This document shows positions 11,331-24,577 of a stretch of 64,000 bases of DNA, piece by piece. A model generated the notes under the pieces. That model was given only the letters and a program-made list of their open reading frames with translations, made no database searches and had not been told where the DNA came from. Positions within the stretch are counted from its first letter, which is position 1. Every line of letters begins with the position of its first letter. The DNA is from Hemiscyllium ocellatum. Lineage: Eukaryota. A program made the translations under genes and the position numbers. The DNA lies in NCBI RefSeq assembly GCF_020745735.1, contig NC_083407.1, forward strand, positions 87,721,857 through 87,785,856. Direction: 5' to 3'.

Positions 11331-13240
11331 GGTTAAGGGCAAGTACGGTTTTGGTAAATTAATGAATTTGTACAGTCCGACTAAAATAAAATCTCTATCC
11401 AGGAACCCTCAAAATATTTAAGATCAATTTAGACGAACAGCTGAAATGTCATAAACATGTGATGCTGCGGGCGAAATGCTGGAAGGTGGAAACAGAGTAC
11501 GCGTATATTTGGTGAGCGCTTATGTAGGGATGAAGGAACTCTTGACATACTGCAAAAAAAATCAGTATTGGAAATAGGAGAATAACATCTCTGAACAAAG
11601 TGGTAGAAAACTACATTTCTTTTTAAAAAGTGTTAAAAGTTCCTGGAACACATCCACATCCACAAAACAACGGCTAACGGGTGCTAGAGTTCTGAAACAA
11701 AGACAGAAACTCAGCAGGTCTGGCAGTATCTGTGGGAAGAAAGCAAAGTTACACTTTTGAGTCTAGTGATACTTCATCAGATGAAGAGGTTAGCGAGCGC
11801 AAGCATGAATGCATGAAGTGTTCAGAACACGAACAATAGAGTATAATATATAGACCAGAGGGCATTGGAAGGGTCCTGCCTAGAGGTAACATAGGTACAG
11901 AAAAAACTTTCGACAGATGAGTTGAGGCAAGGTTACACTCGGATGTTAGGGTGGTAGAAAATAGGCAGACCTTAGTGATATCCCAAACGTGTTTATAATA
12001 TGGTTTTCAGACAAATGACAGGGAGAGAAGTGAAGTTTATAACTAGGGTGTGGCTTCGGTTTTTCCTTGCCAATGTTCAACTGGAAGGAAGTTTTTGCTT
12101 ATCCAATAATACAAAGGATATTGCATGACCCATCTTAAACAGCTGGATGCAATAAAAAACCCTGGATTTAAATTAGGATATTCCCAAACTGGATTATTCC
12201 TCTACACTAGTTAGGCCAGATTACCTGTCTCCTATATTATAACAGTAACCGTACTTAGAAAAAGTACTTCATTCACTATAACATATTTTGGGATGGCTTG
12301 GCATCATGAAAGAGGCGATTCAGATGCAGAATCTTTCCTTTGTAAACATGTCTGTTTCAGTTTATTTGAAGATGATTGTACAAATGAAAGTTTGTTTAAA
12401 TTGGGACAAGATAATTACATTATTTTTAAGGGTAAATTCTAGCATTTTAAAAATCTTCATTTTTAGGCATTATAATTGCACAAGATTGGAATTTAATAGA
12501 CAGTAATAAGCATCTGTCATAAAAGTCTAAAAAAAATTTCTAAAGTTTTCCATTGACCAATTCTGAATAAAAAAATCAAAAACTGCAGGCAGCAGTACAA
12601 AACCCATCACTGAAGACAATTTCAGATTACCAATTACACAATGTAACTTGAAACTGCCAGGTTTTCAGCTATAAGACATGATGGGATTATATAGTTGCAG
12701 GCACACCTAGCCTTTGGCTGTTGGGTGCCAAATTTTGAATGTTGATTCTACCCCCCAACAATAAATCTATTTAACTCTATGTACAATCCAAATCTGGTCA
12801 GTGACAGAATCAAAACTTCCACACCTGGTAATTAAATTTCAACAAGAAAACTCCTTCAAAGAAAAAAAAGAGCTGTCCACCAACACAATGGCAATAGTTT
12901 GGAAATTCTCCGCAAAGTTGCAGAACAAAATATGCATTGTAGCAATTGCATGGTTGGTATTGCAATCATTTTGATGAAAGAAGTGAATTCTCTGAATGCA
13001 AGCACACAAAATTACATCTCTATCAAATTTTAGTTCACGTTTTTCTCTCATTCTTTCACAGTTCAATTCCATTCCACTCTGCAAAGTGATGTCAACAGAA
13101 AATCAAACTTTCATTATACCTGTATACACTATCTACATGTTTGAGAATAGCTTGACTGATACAAAAAAGTAAAGCAAATGAGATTCCCTCTTTCCTGGAA
13201 TTTCCCTGCTTCATTCTGGTGTCAGATAAGCCTCAACAGT

Positions 13241-13472
13241 GTCTGAAAATGTGTTGCTGGAAAAGCGCAGCAGGTCAGGCAGCATCCAAGGAGCAGGAGA
13301 ATTGACAGTTCGGGCATGAACCCTTCTTCATTCCTGAAGGGCTTCCTGAAGAAGGGCTCATACCCGAACCGTCAATTCTCCTGCTCCTTCGATGCTGCCT
13401 GACCTGCTGTGCTTTTCCAGCAACACATTTTCCAGCTCTGTATCTCCAGCATCTGCAGTCCTCACCTTCTCC
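13241..13472 (+). mobile_element. Penelope-derived short foldback element with degenerate hammerhead
   Basis: Inverted arms meet at a CTGAAGA...GAAC-CGTC motif; 13-bp TSD AAGCCTCAACAGT at 13228-13240 and 13473-13485. Confidence 0.85.
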
Positions 13473-13489
13473 AAGCCTCAACAGTAGAT

Positions 13490-16001
13490 CTGGCTGCATT
13501 AACATTATAAATTCACTTGGATGGCTGCAGCATAAATGAGCACTAGGTAGTCAAGGATTCACCGAAATGCATTCAGGGATTCGTATTCTTTAGTCCATTC
13601 ACACCAAGCAGGGCTAGATGATACAAATTTAATTTTTGCATATTTAAGGCAATCTTTGTTTTTTGCACACATAGTTGTTTGTTGCTTACAAATGGAAACC
13701 TGCTTTCTTAACAAGTGACAAGATTTAATTTACTTTTCTTCCTCACCTCAAGTTTAACCAGTTTTCCTCTCAATCACAAGTTTATGGTACAGTTTAAATT
13801 AGCACATGCCAAATTTTTTCACATTGTGATCCCTTTTCAATGGCTAAATATGGCTGTAAATCAGGCCGAGAAGATGAGCCAGTTTGGCCACACTTCATTT
13901 AAAAAAAGTGAAGAATTGTAGGAACCATTCAGCGGTAAGCACTCAGTTGGAGATTGTGCCCCCAAAATTTTGACAAGCCCTAGCTTAGACTCACTCCTTT
14001 ATAAAAAGGTGAGAGTAATTGGCAACAAAGAGCTATGAATTAAGCATCTTAATGCAAAAAATTCTGACCCTTAGTTTCAATTATAGATTAATCAGTTTCC
14101 CACCTCACCAAGGGTTCTTGTGTAATCTGTATGTTTATAAAACATCATTTAGAACAAATAGATTTGTGCTTTTGCCTTTTGCTAACTGAGCTCTTCTAGA
14201 TTGATAATGATTTGCATTTGCAGCCAGTGCATTCAACCAGGTTACCTTGTTAAATATAATCAGTCAGAGACATAGCAAAATGTGTGGGTCTGCTTGTAAC
14301 CATATATAAAGACTATTTGTATTATGTACACAGGCAATTTAGTGTTGGTATATTCACTCTGGTGACACCAAAAGCAACCCAGATACATATTTATGGAAAT
14401 ATCTGCAGATTATCTAATATTCTGCACAGCTTTTGTGGAGACATTTAAAAAGTTGCAAAATGTTCTATGCACATTAGTACTTGTTATTGTGAAAATATTA
14501 GCTTCTCAAAAATGCCTCAACTAATTTTTTTATTTAGCTATATATACAAAAATGTTCCTTCTAAAACAATGTCTGCTTTTCACATCAAACCTTTTCAAAT
14601 TAAAATTTTGTTGCATTTTTGTTTGGTACTATGTTTTTCTCATTAATTCAATCAAACCTTGAATAGCAGAAGTTAAGAAAACTATTAACTCAATTTCGAA
14701 GTGCACAAATACAATTTTTTTGAAAACATTGAACAGCAACGTACAACACTTTACTGATCCAGTAGCAGATCAATATTTTGTAATCCCAGACTATGAAAAC
14801 AGGATGCTAAAAACAATTGCTTGCATGTTTCAATTAAATGAAAAGATACTGTTTGTTTAGGTTTAACACAATAAATGGAGTATTACCTGAAAATACAGTT
14901 AGACTGTACTTATCCTTGCATGTAGTGCACCTGGTCCTTTATTACAATGCTATAACCAAACTAAGTCTGACTGAAGGATCTTTCCCAACTATAGCATTGA
15001 AATGTGCAATGTATACAATTGTGTCATTTTCTCATTGTTTTAGAATGGGTACAGTTGATAAAAAATATTACTTGCTGCTTTAAAATTTCTCAGTATCCGT
15101 AGAGATCACATTAATCAGTATTCTTCTAATTTGGAAGAACTATGCTAGAATCCACTATGTTTCACACATTCAACATATTTTGTTGCATTTAATTTGAAAT
15201 GATAGATGTCAGTACTCCAATCCTTCAACTGAAACAAATGCAAAAAATGAAATGCATAGGTCTTGCTATCTACAACAAGACGCATTTTCTTCCCAATCAA
15301 TTTTAGCTGATGAATTGCACTTTATAACAACGTTGTTTACTGTTTATCTTTCCGTTTGACAATGTACTGTGCACCGAGTCATTTTTGAACTGTGCCTTCC
15401 TTTCAAAACTTCAATGTCAATTTACAGCTCGTGACAAATTAAAATCAAATTATATATATCTGAGCAGACTTATGATGTATTCTTCATATTCAGATATTAC
15501 AGAGACCAAATTGTTTTGACCACTGAAGCAATATTTGGCCCCCACAGATCTCAAAAATCTCAAATTGAAAGTACTTCTGAACAATTTTTACAAAGTTTGA
15601 CATTGCACTGAAATCAATACACTTGTTTCTTGAGACATTCAAAATTGAATTACCATAATACTTAACACTTTACAAGTAGGAGAACATGGTTAAAGATAGA
15701 GATGTTTACCTGCTGCCTTTTCAGTTTAAAATATAAAAACCGAAATGTATCTAATCATCTTAAAATGCAAACATATTTTGCTGTTCTGGCCAGATGCAAC
15801 CTTGGCTGGGGCCGGGGGCACAAAATTGAACAAGGGTCAAAATAAAAATTTCAAAAAACATCTTGTGTTGCTAAGAATCAAACATAGAGATTTCAGTTTT
15901 TCAAAAGGTTAGCAATTCCTTTCCAACCCCAAAAAATACAGTCAACATTAGAAACCTCATAATAAATAGTTAAATTTTCAGTATCACATGTTGTGTTTTC
16001 A
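13490..16001 (-). other. DNAJB11: Probable long AU-rich DNAJB11 3'UTR (3' end uncertain)
   Basis: About 2.5 kb with no recognisable repeats after the stop, in a repeat-dense locus. AATAAA on the minus strand near 14938-14943 and 14528-14533. Confidence 0.45.
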
Positions 16002-16066
16002 TCAATATCCCTGAAGTCCATTGTACACTTTCTTCACTGGTCCTTGTTTAAGCAGCTGCTTTATAC
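16002..16066 (-). CDS. DNAJB11: DNAJB11 exon 10, terminal coding exon
   Basis: 65 bp after a tag acceptor; IKQLLKQGPVKKVYNGLQGY-TGA, the characteristic DNAJB11 C-terminus. Total CDS 1074 bp = 357 aa. Confidence 0.96.
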
Positions 16067-17764
16067 CTACAAGACGGAAACAACAAATATAGTTGTAAAG
16101 CCATTTCGTGTTCACAATCTACACTGATTTAAGTAAACAGTGTTTGCAGAATGTCATTCAACCCATGCACAGCTCCAGACTGATATGATTGTGCTCCCAC
16201 ATTTCTCTACATAGGTTGTTGATTTTTGTAGGCAAATAAGTCTAAAATTCCATATCTAAAAGGATTAAAAAGGTATGTGTTAGTTGTTTAGAATAAGTTG
16301 TTTTAAATTAAAGTATTACATCTAAATTACTGATGAAATTCAGATGTGTTTTATAAACGATTGCAAAGACTATCAGCAGCTTTGGTTTTTTTTTAAATAC
16401 AGAATTAGATAGGATAAAGATGTATTGTAAAAGCAATGCAGAGGAGGACCAGGCAAATTAAAAAAAACACATGAAAAATAGCAGAGGCTTCACAACAAAA
16501 GGAATGCAGAGAATAGGTCCTGGTGAGTTGAGTGTATGAACAGCGGGGTTTCCCTGCTGTTTATGGTAAAAACAGCGCAAAGAGAAGACAATCCAGCAAG
16601 TTTAAGAGCTAGGAATTCAGTCTGCAGACTGGTTTTAATAGTAGTATTAAGGTTTATTGGAAGTAATAAAGCTGATTAACAAGTATGGTTTACTAAATCA
16701 CATTCAGACAAAAATAAACTAACATAAAAAGATGACCGGGGGGGGGGGGGTGTTGGTGCTGTGTTTTGCCAGTGGCATATGGCTTGGGATGTGTGGTTGT
16801 ACGCACCAAGGAGGTTAACATCTGCAGTGCCTGTATGTCAAGTAGCTTTGGCTACAAGTTGATAAACTGGGGGCTGAGCTACACATACCATAATAAATCA
16901 AAGAGTATCCAGTAACCTGGACATTTTGTTTCAGAAGACAATCACATTGCTTAGGATAGGATTCTCTTAACTTGATCAATGAAAAGAAACAGGATGGTGA
17001 GACTACAAGTTAGATAGTTCAGGGGATTGAGGTGGTGAGGAGCGTTAACTCTTTTAGTAGGTTTGAGATGTTGCAGTTTGTAAGCCTGAGAGCAGGGGCT
17101 GCAAATTGCATGAGCGAAATGACCATGGCAGTGAAATACATCTGCAACGAGAGAAGGGCTGCAGGATCAGTGTAAATCGTTGAGGCCCCTGCTGTTTATA
17201 TCAATTATATAAAGGGACTGAATGTAGGGTTGCTAAATTTACTGACAGCACAAGATAGGCAGCAAACTTAGCTATGAAGAGGACCTAAGGAGTCTGCAAA
17301 GAGAGAGAGAAAGAGATGTTTTTTTGAGTCGGTAAAACTTTAGTAGCTTAAGTATAACGTGAGAAAATGTAAAATTGCCTTTTTCGCAGGAAGAGAGAAG
17401 CAGCATGTTAACTAAATGGAGAAAGATCGTGGAACTCTAACTAAGAGGGATCCAAGTGCCCTGGCACATGAATCACAAATGTTAGCTAGTAGGTACAACC
17501 ATTGACTAAAAGGAAAATAGAAAGCTGTTTATTTAGAATCCCCCTTCCAATAAAAAGCACATTGTTTTGCTACAGTTGTACAGGGTACTAGTTTTTGATC
17601 ATATTTGGATGACTGTCTACAAAATAAAGACATAACATTAGAAACAGTGCACAGAAGATCATTCAATTGATCCCCAAGATGAGGTGGTTTATCTTATGAG
17701 GAAAGGCTAAACTGATCGAGACTTCATACACTGGACTTTAGACTAGGAGGCAGTTTAATTGAAG

Positions 17765-18677
17765 GTTTGTAGCTCAGGTTGAGGTTTAGGGTGTAGATTT
17801 GCTTGCTGAGCCATAGGTTTGATATCCAGACATTTCATTACCTGGCTAGGTTAGTTTTTGTTTGAGAGTGTTGGTGGGTTTGTGTGCTACTAGAATTCCG
17901 AGGGGTCTCAGTAGCCTGGCTGTCATTTCTGAAACTTCTTCGATATATGGTAACTGCGCACTGCGTTTTTTGAGTATCCGTTCTTCTTGAAAAAAAACAG
18001 TGCGCAGATTCCTCAAGAACAAACCACGACAAGCAGACAAAACACAGCCAGAAACCCTAACCACCTTACTATATATCAAAGAAGTTTCAGAAATGACAGC
18101 CAGGCTACTGAGACCCCTCGGAATCCTAGTAGCACACAAGCCCACCAACACTCAAACAAAAACTAACAAACTTAAAAGACCCAGTACAATCCATGGACAA
18201 AACCAACGTCATCTATAAAATTCCATGCAAGGACTGCCACAAACACTACGTATGACAAACAGGAAGTTAACCACCAGGATACATGAACACCAGTTAGCCA
18301 CAAAAAGACACAACCCCCTCTCCCTCATAGCCCTACACACAGATGAAAAAAACCACCATTTCGACTGGGACAACACATCTATCCTGGGACAGGCTAAGCA
18401 AAGACATGCCAGAGAATTCCTAGAGGCCTGGCACTCCAACCACAATGCCATAAAGAAGCACATAGATCTAAATGCCATCTATCAATCCCTCAGAAAATGA
18501 ACAGGAAATGACATCATCACAAACCCCAGGAACCCCATCCACAAGAAAGATACAAATAGAAAGCAGGAGACAACAGCTTCGCTTCACTTGGAGGTCGCCA
18601 CTGATGATGTTACCTAGCCAGGTAATGAAACGTCTGGATATCAAACCTACAGCTCAGTGAGCAAACCTACTCCCTAA
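17765..18677 (+). mobile_element. 5'-truncated Penelope-like retroelement with GIY-YIG endonuclease, 3' hammerhead and inverted 5' segment
   Basis: NVIYKIPCKDC..HYV..RKLTTRIHEH...HFDWDNTSILG...REFLEAWHS (frameshifted). 17784-17950 is the reverse complement of 18610-18677 and 18070-18165. 13-bp TSD AGTTTAATTGAAG at 17752-17764 and 18678-18690. Confidence 0.93.
18598..18637 (+). ncRNA. Minimal type I hammerhead ribozyme motif of the Penelope element
   Basis: CCA-CTGATGA-T-GTTACCT(AGCC)AGGTAAT-GAAA-CGTC-TGG: conserved core, stem II, palindromic ACGT in place of stem III, GUC cleavage triplet. Confidence 0.75.
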
Positions 18678-19808
18678 AGTTTAATTGAAGCATACAAAAC
18701 CTTAGGGCACTTGAGAGGGTGGATGCTGAAAGGAGGTTTCTCTTGCATGGAAGGTTAGAACTAGGGAATCTTTTAAAAATGAGGTGTGACCCCTTGTAAA
18801 ACAACGAGGATTAGAGTCATGGAGATGTACAGCATGGAAACAGACCCTTCGGTCCAACCCGTCCATGCCGACCAGATATCCCAACCCAATCTAGTCCCAT
18901 CTGCCAGCACCCAGCCCATATCCCTCCAAAACCATTCCTATTCATATACCCATTCAAATGCCTCTTAAATGTTGCAATTGTACCAGCCTCCACCATTTCC
19001 TCTTCTTTTTGAAAGATGGGCCGTTTGTTTGCGGAATTCTCTACCCAGGAAGCAGTGTCATTATCTATTTTTAAGACAGTGGTAGATATATTGTTGACTA
19101 ACAAGGAAGATTAAAAAATGTATAAAATAAGGTCGGTTGGAAAATGGAGTGACGTCTTTCAGATCGCAGTGGTCTTATCAGATGGCGGAGCAGGTTTGGG
19201 GGCTACTTCTATTTCTAGTTTATATGTCTGTCATAGTAGGTAACACAACAAAGCTTTTAAGCAGATGAATTTTATCATTCCAGCGTAAGCAAAATGGACC
19301 AATAGCTCCATAATAGATCTGAAACGTCAGTAAATCAGATTTTCCTCACGCCATCGTGGTGGGGTCACTGGGTTGAAGGTGCTCCTAGAATCGATTGAGT
19401 GCCATACTGATCAACTTCATTATCAAATGTAATTATCAATATCTATACGTTAAACAACATGGATCATGATCCTTCGCTAACAGCAACCTCATGGTGGGCC
19501 TTGTTGTTTTGTGAATGATTTTGGGAAAGACTTGCACGCAAATATCAATGGCACTGAAGACAGATTAAAGAAAAAAAAACACACGTAATGGAATGGGGAA
19601 GGGAAGAATATCACTAGAATCAAAATTACAACAACAGCCTGACTGTTGGGTTTATCTTTCCTTTTCCCATTTGGTGACAGGAATATTTATTGCTGTGAAC
19701 AATGAATGCAGAACAAAAACAATAATCCATCATATGTGCATTCAGAATGTAGCAATGTTGAAAATTGACAGCAGAAAAAAAATCCATTTAAGAAATTAAT
19801 GTACTTGC

Positions 19809-19968
19809 CTTCCTTCTGATCACCAGTAAGTTGTTCCCTGGGGAAGTCTACATCAAATGTTATTATGAGTGAACCTCTAATATTGTTGTTGTCAAAGTTT
19901 GGCAAACCCTCTCCTTTTTTCCATACTTTTGCACCCGGCTTTGTAATCTTGTCTCTAACTATTTGGAC
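19809..19968 (-). CDS. DNAJB11: DNAJB11 exon 9 (followed by a GC donor)
   Basis: 160 bp; [53 protein letters not shown](G). Donor AAG|GCAAGT keeps the frame with exon 10. Confidence 0.94.
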
Positions 19969-20143
19969 CTAAGAGAGGCAAAATGGAATCACAAATAAAA
20001 TGTTTGAAAGTGATAAACATCAAACATACAAATGTTGGCTATGTAAATTTTTTACCTTTCAGAAATTAGTCACATTATAGATTTTATGAACATTACAATA
20101 TTCCATCATGCGAATATTTGACAGAATGGTCTACAATTTTACA

Positions 20144-23100
20144 ACATTTGCTAGAACTACTTGGGAGGATTTAACCTAGTAAGGTGGGGGGGTGGGACCC
20201 AGGAATATAGTGAGGAAAGAAATCGATCTGGAACGGGTACAGCTGAGAACAGAAGTGAGTCAATCAAACAAACAAACAAACAAACAAACAAACAAGTCAG
20301 GGGAGGCAGGGACAAGGTAGGACTAATAAATTAAACTGCATTTATTTCATTGCAAGGGGCCTAACAGGGAAGGCAGATGAACTCAGGGCATGGTTAGGAA
20401 CATAGGACTGGGATATCATAGCAATTACGGAAACATGGCTCAGGGATGGGCAGGACTGGCAGCTTAATGTTCCAGGATACAAATGCTGCAGGAAGGATAA
20501 AAAGGGAGGCAGGAGAGGAGGGGGGAGTAACATTTTTGATAAGGAATAGCATTACAGCAGTGCTGAGGGATGATATTCCCAGAAATACATCCAGGGAAGT
20601 TATTTGGATGGAACTGAGAAACAAGAAAGAGATGATCACTTTATTCGGATTGTATTATAGACCCCCAATAGTCAGAGGGAAATTGAGAAACAAACTTGTA
20701 AGGAGATCTCAGCTATCTGTAAGAATAATAGGGTAGTTATGGAGGGGGTTTTAACTTTCCAAACATCGACTGGGATGACCATAGTGTTAAAGGTTTAGAT
20801 GGAGAGGAATTTGTTAAGTGTGTACAAGAAAATTTTATGATTCGGTATGTGGATGTACCTACTAGAGAAGGTGCAAAACTTGACCTACTCTTGGGAAATA
20901 AGACAGGGCGGGTGACTGAGGTGTCAAAGGGGGAGCACTTTGGGGCCAGCAACTATAATTCTATTCGTTTTAAAATAGTGATGGAAAAGGATAGACCAAA
21001 TCTAAAAGTTGAAGTTCTAAATTGGAGAAAGGCCAATTTTGACAGTATTAGGCAAGAACTTTCAAAAGTTGATTGGAGGCAGATGTTCGCAGGTAAAGGG
21101 ACAGCTGGAAAATGGGAAGCCTTCAGAAATGAGATAACAAGAATCCAGAGAAAGTATATTCCTGTCAGGGTGAAAGGGAAGGCTGGTAGGTATAGGGAAT
21201 GCTGGATGACTAAAGAAATTGCGGGTTTGGTTAAGAAAAAGAAGGAAGCATATGTTAGGTATAGACAGGATAGATCGAGTGAATCCTTAGAGTATAAAGA
21301 AAGTAGGAGTATGCTTGAGGGAAACCAGGAGGGCAAAATGGGGACATGAGGTAGCTTTAGATTCTCCTTTATTGTATTCGCCAAAGGGTTTTTACAAATA
21401 TATTAAGGACAAAAGGGTAACTAGGGAAAGAATAGGACCCCTCAAAGATCAGCAAGGCGGCCTTTGTATGGAGCCACAGAAAATGGTGGAGATACTAAAT
21501 GAATATTTTGCATCAGTATTTACTATGGAAAAGGATATGGAAAATATAGACTGTAGGGTAATAGATGGTGACATCTTGCAAAATGTCCAGATTACACAGG
21601 AGGAAGTGCTAGATGTCTTGAAACGGATAAAAGTGGATAAATCCCCTGGACCTGATCAGGTGTACCCGAGAACTCTGTGGGAACCCAGAGAAGTGATTGC
21701 TGGGCCTCTTGCTGAGATATTTGTATCATCGATAGTCACAGGTGAGGTGCCAGAAGACTGGAGATTGGCAAACGTGGTGCCACTGTTTAAGAAGGGCATT
21801 AAAGACAAGCCAGGGAACTATAGATCAGTGAGCCTGACCTCGGTGGTGGGCAAATTGTTGGAGGAATCCTGAGGGACAGGATATACATGTATTTGGAAAG
21901 GCAAGGACTGATTCGGGATAGTCAGCATGGCTTTGTGCGCAGGAATTCATGTCTCACAAACTTTGAGTTTTTTGAAGTAAAAAAGAAGATTGATGAGGGT
22001 AGAACAGTAGATGTGATCTATATGGACTTCAGTAAGGCGTTCGACAAGGTTACCCATGGGAGACTGATTAGCAAGGTTAGGTCTCATGGAATACAAGGAG
22101 AACTAGCCATTTGGATACAGAATTGGCTCAAAGGTAGAAGACAGAGGGTGGTGGTGGAGAGTTGTTTTTCAGACTGGAGGCCTGTGACCAGTGGAGTGCC
22201 ACAAGGATCGGTGCTGGGCCCTCTTTTTTTTTTGTCATTTACATAAATGATTTGATGAGAGCATAAGAGGTACACAGTTAGTAAGTTTGCAGATGACACC
22301 AAAACTGGAGGTGTAGTGGACAGCGAAGAGGGTTACCTCAGATTACAACAGGATCTGGACCAGATGGGCCAATGGGCTGAGAAGTGGCAGATGGAGTTTA
22401 ATTCAGATAAATGCGAGGTGCTGCATTTCGGGAAAGCAAATCTTAGCAGGACTCATTCACTTAATGGTAAGGTCCTAGGGAGTGTTGCTGAACAAAGAGA
22501 CCTTGGAGTGCAGGTTCATAGCTATTTGAAAGTGGAGTTGCAGGTAGATAGGACAGTGAAGAAGGCATTTGGTATGCTTTCCTTTACTGGTCAGAATATT
22601 GAGTACAAGGGTTGGGCGGTCATGTTGCGGCTGTACAGGACATTGGTTCGGCCACTGTTGGAATATTGCGTGCAATTCTGGTCTCCTTCCAATCGGAAAT
22701 ATGTTGTGAAACCTGAAAGGGTTCAGAAAAGATTTACAAGGATGTTGCCAGGGTTGGAGGATCGAGCTACAGAAAGAGGCTGAACAGGCTGGGGCTGTTT
22801 TCCCTGAAGCATCAGAGGCTGAGGGGTGATGTTATAGAGGTTTACAAAATAATGAGGGGCATGGATAGGCTAAATAGACAAAGTCTTTTCCCTGGGGTCG
22901 GGGAGTCCAGAACTAGAGGCCATAGATTTAGGGTGAGAGGAGAAAGATATAAAAAGAGACCTAAGGGACAACGTTTTCACGCAGAGGGTGATACGTGTAT
23001 GGAATGAGCTGCCAGAGGAAGTGGTGGAGGCTGGTACAATTGCAACATTTAAGAGACATGTGGATGGGTGTGTGAATAGGAAGGGTTTGGAGGAACATGG

Positions 23101-23191
23101 GCCGGGTGCATGCAGGTGGGACGAGATTGGGTTGGGATATCTGGTCGGCACGGACGGGTTGGACCGAAGGGTCTCTTGTACATCTCTATGA
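20144..23191 (+). mobile_element. CR1/HER1-type LINE with nearly complete, disrupted ORF2 (APE + RT), antisense in DNAJB11 intron 8
   Basis: ORF fragments KSPGPD, NYRSVSLTS, DFSKAFDKV, GVPQGSVLGP, RPLLEYCVQFWSP, plus the CR1 3' tail. Confidence 0.95.
20265..20295 (+). repeat. (CAAA)n microsatellite inside the CR1
   Basis: About 7.5 perfect CAAA units. Confidence 0.95.
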
Positions 23192-23276
23192 CGTGCATAA
23201 CATTCTCCATTCTCAATAAAGGCAATTTTGCCTAATGTTAAGAAATAAAGTCAGATATGAATTACAATCCTCTTAC

Positions 23277-23388
23277 CTTGTGACCATCCAAATGAGAGAT
23301 AACCATTTCAAAACCAATCAGTGCTTCCACTAATGAAATTGTGACATTCGTATAGAGATCATCACCACGTCGCTCAAATATTGGGTGC
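23277..23388 (-). CDS. DNAJB11: DNAJB11 exon 8
   Basis: 112 bp, tag/gtaag; [37 protein letters not shown]. Confidence 0.97.
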
Positions 23389-23499
23389 CTACAACAAATG
23401 ACAGTAACTAATGTGAAAACTAATCATAAATATTTTCTTGTACAAATTGCTACCCTAAATCAATGACAACAGTGTCCCCCACCAAGACTGGCTCAGCAG

Positions 23500-24440
23500 C
23501 AACACAACTGATCAATCTGGTCATGTCCTAAAGGACATAGATACTTAGCTGGTGGGGAGAGATCTAATGAGGGGGAAATACATATATGATCTCATGGTTG
23601 CAGATACATCTGTCCAGGAGTTAGAGATGAGTGATCACCAGCATAATCCTTGTAGAGAAGAAGTCCTCCCTGCACAATGATAATACTTCATACCATGTTG
23701 TGTGGTGCTTTCACCATACTAAATGGCTCAGATCTAAAACATATCTCGCAACTGAACAGTGAGATCCATGAGGCACTGCAGGCCATCAGCAGAATTGTGC
23801 TTCCCACAAAATCAGCAACCTCATGACCCAGCATATCAACTCTACACTACCATTACATCAAGCCAAGGAATTAACCCTGGTTCAAAGAACAGTGCAGAAG
23901 GACATGCTAAGAACAGCACTAGCCATACCTAAAAATGAGGTGTCAACTTGATGAAGCTACACAAGCAAGACTATTTGCATGCAAAACACCAAAAGCAGCA
24001 AATGATAAACAGACCTAAGCAATCCCACAACGAATGGATCAAATCTCTGCAGTCCTGCCCCATGAAGTTTTGAATAGTGGTGAAGAATTAAACAACTGAC
24101 TGGGGGAGACTCCATAAATATCCTCAATGATGGAGGAGCCTCGCAGACAGATGCAAAGGTTGAGGCCCAAGCATTCCAAATCTTAATACAGGCAAATGGA
24201 TGATCCACCTTGGCATCACCTAGTGGTTCCCAGCACATATGTCAAGCTTCAGCCAATTTGGTTCACTTCACATGATGAATATAAATGTTGTAGGCACTAG
24301 ATTCTGAAAAAGCTAAAAGGGCCCTGACAATATTCAGCAATCATCCTGAAGACTTATGCTCCAGAACTTGCCACATCCCTAGTCAAATTATTTCTGTGCA
24401 GCTACAGCATTGGCATTGCCTAACAATGGATAATTAGATA
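23500..24440 (+). mobile_element. Decayed non-LTR (CR1/L2-group) ORF2 fragment
   Basis: Degenerate SDH, PWF and GPDNI-like motifs. Confidence 0.55.
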
Positions 24441-24519
24441 TCTTTGACCAAAAGAAAATGGAAATTCACGATTTGGGCCATTAGTCTTAGATAGAGAAAT
24501 AAATGAAATAATTTCTTAC

Positions 24520-24577
24520 TTTAAAACCTTAATTCTGAATTTCAGATCTCCAGGTTCTCCATCTATGTGAGGTTCAC
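24520..24577 (-). CDS. DNAJB11: DNAJB11 exon 7
   Basis: 58 bp, cag/gtaag; [18 protein letters not shown](K). Confidence 0.96.

Larger units (their letters stand above)
16770..19205 (+). mobile_element. Old CR1-type LINE remnants hosting the Penelope insertion and a minus-strand CR1 tail (18815-19003)
   Basis: Degenerate RT/3' CR1 motifs on both sides of 17765-18677. Confidence 0.6.

Noticed and set aside
19366-19445. Minus-strand frame LIITFDNEV... echoing exon 9 LIITFDVDF as a duplicated or alternative exon
   Set aside because: Similarity is limited to ~15 AT-rich bases, the acceptor is weak, and the phase after exon 9 gives an immediate stop (DIDNYI*). Likely chance.
20837-22783. CR1 ORFs as an active or domesticated gene
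   Set aside because: Multiple frameshifts, stops and a micro-inversion; decayed copy.
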